A stretch of DNA of 64,000 nucleotides from Candidatus Poriferihabitaceae bacterium (GTDB lineage Bacteria; Pseudomonadota; Gammaproteobacteria; Arenicellales; Poriferihabitantaceae): NCBI GenBank assembly GCA_965262585.1, contig OZ253546.1, positions 2,437,894 through 2,501,893 on the forward strand, written 5' to 3'. Below, piece after piece: positions 1 through 7,909 of this stretch (its first letter is position 1; each line of letters opens with the position of its first letter). The translations under genes were made by a program, and so were the position numbers. A model generated the notes under the pieces. It made no database searches. It saw nothing but the letters and a program-made list of their open reading frames with translations, and had not been told where the DNA came from.

Positions 1-829
1 CTGATCCGATGTCTAGATAATCAAACTCAAATTTGGCATCGGTGTCTTCGGACAACACAGCATCGTTCATTCTTACCCAGTGCTTAAGAGGAACTACTTC
101 CCAATGCTTCGGCACATCCCCCAGCCACTCTACACCGGAAAATTTAAGCGAAACATCAGGATCAAGTCCACGAGTAACGGCGTGATGAATGATGGCCTGC
201 TTCTGCTCATCCAGCAGGCCAATCAACTTCTCTTTCGCTCGCACAACCTGCCGTACCCGCCGATCTACATAATCCAAATACCGCACGATGGCGGCTTGCT
301 CGACGAGGGGTGGGAGAAGCGTTGGAATATTACGAACCTTTTCGGCATTTAGGTTTGCTTGTGTACTTGTGGTGGACAACCGAACTACATGCAATCGAAG
401 AAATTCAAGGTAATACAGGCAGTATTCTGCATTAAATTTCCCTTTTTGAGGCTGTATCCCAATGATTGCTTGATTTATAGTAGCATCAATTTCTAATATT
501 GAGACTGTACCTATGCTTGCATACATGGAATATAAAATTGTCCCGGCTGGTAGTAACTCTAAGCCCTTTGATGCTTTGCCTGCTTCTGTGATTGCTTTTT
601 GGGTGTGGCGGATGCGCTGCTGACCGGTCATGTCAGCGATCAATAACCAAGGAATACCTTCACTTGGCGAACAATAAAAGCTTTCCACACCAGAGTGTGG
701 TGTACCCCCGGAGTAAAAGCGTGTTACACAATACTTGAGTGGTCCAACTTCCCAATGCTTCGGCACATCCCCCAGCCATTCAACACCAGATTCTTTCATC
801 GCAGGGTAGGGAACGAGGTTGTTTGTCAT
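1..829 (-). CDS. hsdS: Type I restriction-modification specificity subunit HsdS (start present, 3' end beyond the window edge)
   Basis: Hand translation from ATG 829-827 gives MTNNLVPYPAMKESGVEWLGDVPKHWEVGPLKYCVTR. 231 codons later, in frame, comes ...KLIGLLDEQKQAIIHHAVTRGLDPDVSLKFSGVEWLGDVPKHWEVVPLKHW, the classic HsdS central conserved region followed by a second target-recognition domain. The start overlaps the upstream stop (TAATG). It is absent from the ORF track because it is open to the window edge. Confidence 0.8.
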   Translation of the reverse strand, partial: MTNNLVPYPAMKESGVEWLGDVPKHWEVGPLKYCVTRFYSGGTPHSGVESFYCSPSEGIPWLLIADMTGQQRIRHTQKAITEAGKASKGLELLPAGTILYSMYASIGTVSILEIDATINQAIIGIQPQKGKFNAEYCLYYLEFLRLHVVRLSTTSTQANLNAEKVRNIPTLLPPLVEQAAIVRYLDYVDRRVRQVVRAKEKLIGLLDEQKQAIIHHAVTRGLDPDVSLKFSGVEWLGDVPKHWEVVPLKHWVRMNDAVLSEDTDAKFEFDYLDIGS

Positions 830-2466
830 TAGTTTGTTTCTTCGCCGATACTAGGCAACATATTTTTTAGAGCATTCCGAAACTCCTCACTATTTTTTAC
901 ACATTCTATGACCGCTGCCTCGTAATCATTTCGAGATTGATAATGCAAAGTTTCTGCAATTTTATTGAAAGTTCCACTTTCTCGAACGGGATAGTTGGTT
1001 ATCAAAGCATCAATATCCTTTTCTTGTAAGAAGTTTTGAAATCTTTCTTTTTCTTCGCCAAATGGAGATGGAAAACTCATTTTAATTGTTTCAGTGGGGT
1101 TTGTAAGAATATCTTTCCAATCTGGAATTTTATTAATCGCTGCTCGTTCAATTTTATGGCAACATCTCCGAGCCGCCAACCTGTCGGCATGTCCAGATAA
1201 AACTTGTAACGCACAATCAGTAGTTTGTGACAATAAGTCATTTGCATCCTTGTTTAGTTCTTTCGCCTTATTTGTCGCAATAACAGTGCGTGCTTTTTCT
1301 CCATAGATTAAAGATTCTATGGAAAATATTGGTAACACAAATATGTTGTCATTTTTTAGGGCATCAATCTCTGATTCACTTCGCCCATCATTGTCAATGA
1401 TGCCATAGGCTGAAATCCAATGGAGGTTAGGGTTTTTCTTCAACCCGAGAACAGTCCGAATAACTTCAGAACACCCTCCTACCGGGTGCACTGTAAAATC
1501 AGGATAAATTACTTCGTAGAGTCGGCGGTCTAAACTGTTTGCTGTTCCCTCAACAAAGAGGACTTTCTTTCTTCCGCCGAGGATCGCTCGTCTTGTGTCA
1601 TTTGGAATCTCATCGTCCGATCGCAGCAAATTGGCATCCCATGCTGTTGGTTCGGCACCAGTCCAACAACATTCATGAAGCACCAGAACTTGGGCTTCAC
1701 CTACTGTTTCCACTAAAGATAGTTCATGGGTGAAAATAACGAATGCGCAATCAGATCTTTCAGAAATCAACGCCGACAGCATTGGCGATGCGATTGCACG
1801 ATGGAGATGTTGTTCCGGTTCATCTATAAAAAATATTGTCCCAGTGGGAGAAGATAAAACATGACAGGATAGAATCAATGCATTTCGTTCTCCATCGGAA
1901 ATCTGTGATGCTTCAAAAGTTTTCCCATTCTTGGTTGCTAGGATTTGTTGGGTTGTACTTAATGAAATTTCAGTATTGAACAAACTATGTGCAAAGATAT
2001 TGTTGAGTTTTTCTAGTGGACTATTTTGTTCCTTAAATTCCTTTTCCAGATTCGTGAGTTTCTCTTCCCTATTGTCGTTATGTTCAATAATCGCTCGTCG
2101 TGCCTTTCTCCCAAGTGCATTTTCACTTTCAACTAAGTCAAATAGAGCGTTACTAATCATGGCATCTTGATAAGGATCTGTGTATCTAGATTGGCTGATT
2201 CTTTGAGAAATCGCATAGTACTTTTCCGTCTCGTCACGTTGACTTGGAGATATGTTTACGGCGCTTGATTCCATCCAGTTTCTCCGGTGCGCGCGAAGTA
2301 TTTTTATGTTATCACCTTCAGTTTTTGCCCAATGCGACAGAAGTGCAGATTTTCCTGACCCGTTAGGGCCAACCACGAATAGTTTTGAGCCCTTGCTTAA
2401 ACTAATAGGCAGTGTCGATTCATCCAGAGTAGGAATTTCTAACTGTATTAACGGTTCTTCTGTCAT
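829..2466 (-). CDS. Fused ABC-type ATPase / DUF4435 (Toprim-like) protein, PARIS (AriA-AriB)- or OLD-like, embedded in the type I R-M operon
   Basis: 545-aa ORF. Walker A is VVGPNGSGKSALL. A long charged, coiled-coil-like insert follows (EEKLTNLEKEFKEQNSPLEKL). The ABC signature-like motif is SDGERNAL, Walker B is IFFIDEPEQHLH, and the H-loop is FTHE. The C-terminal half carries VLFVEGTANSLD ... GGCSEV ... GIIDNDGRS, the E...DxD pattern expected of DUF4435/Toprim. ATGA overlap with the hsdM stop (2463-2466) and TAATG overlap with the hsdS start (827-831). Confidence 0.7.
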   Translation of the reverse strand: MTEEPLIQLEIPTLDESTLPISLSKGSKLFVVGPNGSGKSALLSHWAKTEGDNIKILRAHRRNWMESSAVNISPSQRDETEKYYAISQRISQSRYTDPYQDAMISNALFDLVESENALGRKARRAIIEHNDNREEKLTNLEKEFKEQNSPLEKLNNIFAHSLFNTEISLSTTQQILATKNGKTFEASQISDGERNALILSCHVLSSPTGTIFFIDEPEQHLHRAIASPMLSALISERSDCAFVIFTHELSLVETVGEAQVLVLHECCWTGAEPTAWDANLLRSDDEIPNDTRRAILGGRKKVLFVEGTANSLDRRLYEVIYPDFTVHPVGGCSEVIRTVLGLKKNPNLHWISAYGIIDNDGRSESEIDALKNDNIFVLPIFSIESLIYGEKARTVIATNKAKELNKDANDLLSQTTDCALQVLSGHADRLAARRCCHKIERAAINKIPDWKDILTNPTETIKMSFPSPFGEEKERFQNFLQEKDIDALITNYPVRESGTFNKIAETLHYQSRNDYEAAVIECVKNSEEFRNALKNMLPSIGEETN

Positions 2467-4445
2467 TTTTGTTCTCCTCCTGTAATTTCTTCTAGCAACC
2501 CTTTGCTTTCTTTTTCCAACGCCAAGATATCAGCGCGGATTTCCTCCAGCGAACGCATTGGCCGTGGTTTGTAGAAGTACCGAGTGAAACTGATTTCGTA
2601 GCCGATTTTAACACTTTTCGGGACATACCATGCGTCGGGAGCGTAAGGCAGCACCTCGCGTTTCAGAAAAGCATCAATGCCGCCTTCTTCCAGCAGCGGA
2701 ATCTGCTCGGTGTCGCGCAAGTCGGTGTCGGGTGCGTATTCAACCACGGCCGGTTTGGCGTTGCTGGTGGTTTTAACTAAACCGCACAGGGGATTGGGTT
2801 TGACGCCTTTTGTATGGATTTTTGTGATGACCGGCGGGGCGTCTTCGGTGCGCTCGGCGGTTTCTTTGAGTTTCTTGATTTCGCCGGCTTTGTAGGCACG
2901 CTTCGGATCAATGCCTTTGATGCGCAGCGGGCGTTCAATGGTAACTTTCCAGTAACCAAATTCTTTGTTGTTGAATATTTTGCTTTGTTCGGTTTCTTTG
3001 AAAGCGAGAAAGGTGTCGCAGATGCGTTTGATGTATTCATCGGACAACTCGCAGTTTTTCTTGCCCAGATTTTTACGCAGCGGCTTGTACCATTCCGTTG
3101 CGTCTATCAACTGCACTTTTCCCTTGCGGTGCGCCGGTTTACGGTTGGTCAGCACCCAGATATAGGTGGCGATGCCGGTGTTATAAAACATATTGAGGGG
3201 CAGGGCGACGATCGCCTCGAGCCAGTCATTTTCAATCATCCAGCGGCGGATGTTGCTCTCGCCTTGTCCGGCATCACCGGTGAACAGTGAACTGCCGTTG
3301 TGTACTTCGGCGATGCGGCTGCCAAGTTTGGTGCGGCGTTTCATCTTGCTCAGCATGTTGGCGAGGAAAAGCATCTGGCCATCGCTCGATCGCGTAACCA
3401 GCGAATACTCCGGGTTACCCGCGTGTTCAATCATAAAACGCGAGTCATTGATGTCGCCCTTGCCGCCCATGCGATGCTGGTCGCTTTTCCAACTTTTTCC
3501 GTAGGGCGGATTGCTGAGCATGAAATCAAACTCGAGTGCCTGGAAAGCATCATTGGCAAGTGTCGAGTGTTTCGCTCCGCCAACAATGTTTTCCGCCGCT
3601 GCACCTTCTCCTTTGAGCAGCAGGTCGGCTTTGCAGATGGCGTAGGTCTCGGCGTTAATCTCTTGTCCATAGAGGTGGATGGATACTTGCTTGTCATGCT
3701 TATTAGCAAGGTCTCGCAACGTTTCCTCGGCAACGGTCAGCATACCGCCCGTGCCGCAGGCACCGTCGTATAGCAAATAGGTGCTGGATTTTATAGCATC
3801 GGCAATCGGTAGAAAAATCAACTGTGCCATCAGTTTGACGGCATCGCGCGGCGTCCAGTGTTCGCCTGCCTCTTCGTTGTTCTCTTCGTTGAAACGGCGC
3901 ACCAGTTCTTCAAAGATTGTGCCCATGGCGTGATTATCGAAGCCCGGATGTTTGACCGAGCCGTCATCGTGGAGGACTGGATACGGACTCAGGTTAATGT
4001 CCGGCGACAGGAATTTTTCGATGAGCGTGCCGAGTGCATCCGCTTCCACCAGTTGAGGGATGTCGTTGCGAAACTTAAAGTTTTTCAGGATGTCCTGCAC
4101 GTTCGGTGAGAAGCCGTCGAGATAGGCGATGAAGTCGGCCTTTAATTGTTGCTGGGTGGCGCGCGACTTCAAGTCACGGAGCGTGAACATTGACTGGTTG
4201 TAGAAAGCCTGCCCCGCGGCTGTGCACAGGGAGGCATCCTGTTGGTCTATCCCACTCTCATCCAGTTGAGATTTCATGTCGAGAACCTTCTGTTTGGTCG
4301 GTTCAAGTACCGCGTCCAGTCGGCGTACTACCGTCATCGGCAGAATTACATCGCGATATTTACTGCGCACGAAAAGATCGCGTAGCACATCATCGGCGAT
4401 GCCCCAGATAAAATTAGTTATCCCGCTCGGGTCGGATTGTTTCAT
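2463..4445 (-). CDS. hsdM: Type I restriction-modification DNA methyltransferase subunit HsdM
   Basis: 660-aa ORF. The AdoMet motif is LLYDGACGTGGML and the N6-adenine catalytic motif is LSNPPYGKSW. The N-terminus (ITNFIWGIADDVLRD) is HsdM_N-like. Confidence 0.9.
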   Translation of the reverse strand: MKQSDPSGITNFIWGIADDVLRDLFVRSKYRDVILPMTVVRRLDAVLEPTKQKVLDMKSQLDESGIDQQDASLCTAAGQAFYNQSMFTLRDLKSRATQQQLKADFIAYLDGFSPNVQDILKNFKFRNDIPQLVEADALGTLIEKFLSPDINLSPYPVLHDDGSVKHPGFDNHAMGTIFEELVRRFNEENNEEAGEHWTPRDAVKLMAQLIFLPIADAIKSSTYLLYDGACGTGGMLTVAEETLRDLANKHDKQVSIHLYGQEINAETYAICKADLLLKGEGAAAENIVGGAKHSTLANDAFQALEFDFMLSNPPYGKSWKSDQHRMGGKGDINDSRFMIEHAGNPEYSLVTRSSDGQMLFLANMLSKMKRRTKLGSRIAEVHNGSSLFTGDAGQGESNIRRWMIENDWLEAIVALPLNMFYNTGIATYIWVLTNRKPAHRKGKVQLIDATEWYKPLRKNLGKKNCELSDEYIKRICDTFLAFKETEQSKIFNNKEFGYWKVTIERPLRIKGIDPKRAYKAGEIKKLKETAERTEDAPPVITKIHTKGVKPNPLCGLVKTTSNAKPAVVEYAPDTDLRDTEQIPLLEEGGIDAFLKREVLPYAPDAWYVPKSVKIGYEISFTRYFYKPRPMRSLEEIRADILALEKESKGLLEEITGGEQK

Positions 4446-4537
4446 TGGTTATCCACGGTTATTTTTGATTGGAGCATTTTAGGTATGGGTTGCGGGCGGC
4501 ATCACGGCAAGCATCCGCCGCCAAGCCTGTGAAGACC

Positions 4538-7500
4538 TCACCCCGCCCACTCCCGCCAGCCCTGCAACGCTGGGAAGTATAAACCTAATTTGATTTCGGT
4601 CGGTTGTAACTGGGTGACGATGGCGGCGTATTGGGATAGTTGGTTTTGGTGGCGGTCTACTTCGCGGGTTAGGAATGCTTCGGGGTTGGCGCCTTCGTGG
4701 CGGCTGGATTTGAAGTCGATGATCCAGCGGATGCCTTGTGGGTCGGTGAAACTGCGGTCGATGATGATGTGTACGATTTTGCCGTCAACGGTGCCGCTGA
4801 GTGGCCATTCGCTTTTGATGTCGCGGTGTTCGGCGGAGAATATCCACGCGGCTTTGGGGTCGTTGCGGGTTTGTTCGATGGCCTCGGTTACTCGCGCAAG
4901 GGCGGCTTCAAGGTGCGGCCCGTAAATGCCGTTTTCCATGAGCAGGGTGCGGCAGTGGGTTTGTTGTTCATCCGCTGCTTGCCCGCACCAATGTTCCCAG
5001 CCGTGGTCGTCTACGCGCTGCAAAATTTGATGAATGACGACTCCGGCGACTCGCGCGGTTTCACCGGCCCAGGAAAATTCGATGGCTTCGGTTTCATCCG
5101 CCGCCGCATCGGTGGTACCGGTCCCGGTGAGTATGCCTTGCGGCAACGACGGCGGTCGCCATTCCTGCGGCAGTTTTTGCACGGGTTGGGGTTGGAACGG
5201 AACGGGTTCGTTTGTATCTATGACCTCGCCAACCTCGCCGTCTTCAGCATCATTGGCGGCGGCCGCTTCAGCATACTTTTCACGCAACGCCGGCCACAGC
5301 AGCGACAGCAGGGAAGTGGGGGTCGGTGTCGCGAGTTCGCCATTGGTTTCCCGGGCGCTGCCGAATAGGTGCAGGGTTTTCTTTGCGCGGGTGCAGGCGA
5401 CGTACAGCAGCCTGCACAATTCATTGTGGGTGTGGATTTTTTCCAGATGCTCGAGGTAGGGATAAAAGGCGTCGTCTTGTTCGGTGCTCGATGGCAGCGG
5501 CGCGGTTAACAGTTGTCGGGGTAGTTTGTGCCAACGCAACAAGGTTTTTTCTGGGCTGCGCGGGCGGCGGTCGAGACGCGGCAGGAATACGGTGTCGAAT
5601 TCCAACCCTTTGGCTTTGTGAATGCTCAGCAACTGCACCCGCGCATCGGCGCCGCCCCGTGCCCAAAGATTGTCGGTGGCTTGTTTCAAATTGTCGGCGG
5701 TAATCTCTATTCCGCCGGATTCCATTTCGCTGAGTAGGTCGAAGTATCGTTGGCAGTCATCGAGAGCGGATGCTTCGACGGTGGCCGGCCCGCCGAGACA
5801 AAGCCACGCGGCTTCGACGTTTTGTCGGATGCCAATTCGGCCACGGCGGCGAAGTGCCGGGGCGAGGGAATCGGCCAGGTGTTTCAATCTCGCCCGGCCT
5901 TCTTCGGACAAGGTCGCCAGCACCGCATCATCCCGCCAGCGTTCCAGAATCGTTGCGGCGTGGTTGGTGGCGGCGAGGACGGTGAGGTCGTGAAGACTCA
6001 ACCCACACCACGGCGCGCGCAGCAGGCTAAGCCAGGCGATGCGGTCGGCGGGCTGGGCGAGGGCGCGGGTGATGGCGAGCAAATCCCGAATGGCCGGGCG
6101 GTCGTTGAGTTTTTCCATATCCACGGCTTGAAACGCAACCCCTTGTCGGCGAAGGGCGGCGGCGATGTCGTGCAAATGCCCGCGACTGCGTCCCAGTATG
6201 GCGATGGATTGTTCGGGTTCCTGTTGTTGCGCCTGCTTGACCAGAGTCGCCACGGCCTCCGCTTCACGCGCGGCGTCTCGGTCGATGGCGGCGTGAATGT
6301 GAACCGCGCCGTTTGGGTCGGTGGTGTGTGCCGTGGCGTGCGCATAACTGACCGCGCCGTTGATGATGTCGTCCCGGGGCGGCATAACGCCCTGAAAGGT
6401 TTGGTTGAACCACTCCACCAACGCCGGTGCGGAGCGGAAGTTGGATTCAAGGACAATGGATTCGGGGTGTAAGTCTCCCAGCCCGACCTGCTGGACTTGC
6501 AAGAAATTGGCGACCTCGGCTTCGCGAAAGCGGTAAATGGACTGCATCGGATCGCCCACCAGAAACAATGTGCGCCCGTCTCCATTCTGCCAACCGGCGG
6601 TCAGTTTGATGAGCAGATCGAGGTGCGCGCTGGAAGTGTCTTGAAACTCATCCATTAGCACATGCCCGAGGCGGTAATCGAAGGCCAATGCAAGGTCGGA
6701 CGGCGCATCCTCTTCGCCGAGCGCCAACGCCGCGCGCTGGGTGAGTTCGATATAGTCGGCTTGATTTTGAGATTTGAAGAGAAGCCTCAGTTCCGCCGCC
6801 GCCAGCGGTAGCAAGCGCATCAAGGCATCTATGGAGCGCCATTGTGTATCGCTGAATTTCGCCCCCGGTAGCAGGCGCGCGGTTGCCAATACATCCACCA
6901 ATTCGTCCATCAATTCGGTTTGTTCGGATAACCCGTCCAGCAGCGCGAGCATGCGCGTTTTTACGTCCCGGTCTGAGTCGCTATCCACGGGAAAGCCCTG
7001 GTTTTTGTTCACGGTCTTTCGCAGTGTGCCGGTCCCGGTCAACAGTAAATCTGCGATGCCACGCCATTGCTCGATGTAGCGGTGATTGGCTTCGGGGAAA
7101 CTTTGTGCGCCGTGCAAGGCCGATACCTTTGTAACCTTGCCGGCGGCTTGCAATTTGCCCGCCGCAAAAGCACCCAATTCGGCCAGTTCCGTTTGCAATG
7201 ATGGCGGGATTATCGCTACCGCACGCTGCAATTCCGCATCCACCACTTGTTGCCACATCGCTTCAAGGTGCGCGCGGTCGGGTAGCACGGGCAGCCCGGT
7301 CAGGCGCATCCACTTGTCGCGTTTCGCCAGCATGTCGGCGAGCAGGGCGCGCGCTTTGTTCCAATCGGCGTCCACCACCGCCAGCAAATGTTCACAAGCA
7401 TCCGCGCAATCGGAGTCTTGATCGACATGTTCCAGAGCAAGGTTTGCCGCCCGGCGGTATAGCGGTGCGGCGGCGTCCACGATCTTCGGTGGCGAACCGA

Positions 7501-7900
7501 AGCGCGCCGACCACGGCATCTGCCGCACCAGTTCATTACAAAAAGCATCGATGGTTTGAATCCGCAGCCGCCGGGTGTTGGCGGTGATACGCCAGTTATG
7601 TCGATGGTCGTTGGCTAGCGCGGCATCGGCGATGGCGAGGATTTCCGGGTTGTCCTCCGGGTCGCCATTTTCCTTGATCCGCTTGAGCGCGTTGCTGATG
7701 CGCAAGCGCATTTCCGCGGTGGCCTTTTTGGTGAAGGTGATGGCGAGGATTTGCTCCGGTTCATCGACCTTGGCAAGTAACGCCAGATAGCGGCGCACCA
7801 GCAATTCGGTTTTACCGGATCCGGCGGGTGCCTGAACGATGAACGATTCCTTCGGGTTGAGGACGCGTTGTCGTTGCGCGTGGTCGGGGGGCAGGGCCAT
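4538..7900 (-). CDS. addA: AddA-type helicase-nuclease (UvrD/REP helicase plus C-terminal PD-(D/E)XK nuclease)
   Basis: 1120 aa. Walker A is QAPAGSGKTELL, with UvrD-like helicase motifs (DEFQDTS, LESNFRS). The C-terminal nuclease motif is RWIIDFKSS. Confidence 0.85.
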   Translation of the reverse strand: MALPPDHAQRQRVLNPKESFIVQAPAGSGKTELLVRRYLALLAKVDEPEQILAITFTKKATAEMRLRISNALKRIKENGDPEDNPEILAIADAALANDHRHNWRITANTRRLRIQTIDAFCNELVRQMPWSARFGSPPKIVDAAAPLYRRAANLALEHVDQDSDCADACEHLLAVVDADWNKARALLADMLAKRDKWMRLTGLPVLPDRAHLEAMWQQVVDAELQRAVAIIPPSLQTELAELGAFAAGKLQAAGKVTKVSALHGAQSFPEANHRYIEQWRGIADLLLTGTGTLRKTVNKNQGFPVDSDSDRDVKTRMLALLDGLSEQTELMDELVDVLATARLLPGAKFSDTQWRSIDALMRLLPLAAAELRLLFKSQNQADYIELTQRAALALGEEDAPSDLALAFDYRLGHVLMDEFQDTSSAHLDLLIKLTAGWQNGDGRTLFLVGDPMQSIYRFREAEVANFLQVQQVGLGDLHPESIVLESNFRSAPALVEWFNQTFQGVMPPRDDIINGAVSYAHATAHTTDPNGAVHIHAAIDRDAAREAEAVATLVKQAQQQEPEQSIAILGRSRGHLHDIAAALRRQGVAFQAVDMEKLNDRPAIRDLLAITRALAQPADRIAWLSLLRAPWCGLSLHDLTVLAATNHAATILERWRDDAVLATLSEEGRARLKHLADSLAPALRRRGRIGIRQNVEAAWLCLGGPATVEASALDDCQRYFDLLSEMESGGIEITADNLKQATDNLWARGGADARVQLLSIHKAKGLEFDTVFLPRLDRRPRSPEKTLLRWHKLPRQLLTAPLPSSTEQDDAFYPYLEHLEKIHTHNELCRLLYVACTRAKKTLHLFGSARETNGELATPTPTSLLSLLWPALREKYAEAAAANDAEDGEVGEVIDTNEPVPFQPQPVQKLPQEWRPPSLPQGILTGTGTTDAAADETEAIEFSWAGETARVAGVVIHQILQRVDDHGWEHWCGQAADEQQTHCRTLLMENGIYGPHLEAALARVTEAIEQTRNDPKAAWIFSAEHRDIKSEWPLSGTVDGKIVHIIIDRSFTDPQGIRWIIDFKSSRHEGANPEAFLTREVDRHQNQLSQYAAIVTQLQPTEIKLGLYFPALQGWREWAG

Positions 7901-7909
7901 GGTTGAAAT

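Noticed and set aside
80-352. 90-aa plus-strand ORF at the window start
   Set aside because: It is antisense to the clearly recognisable hsdS central conserved region.
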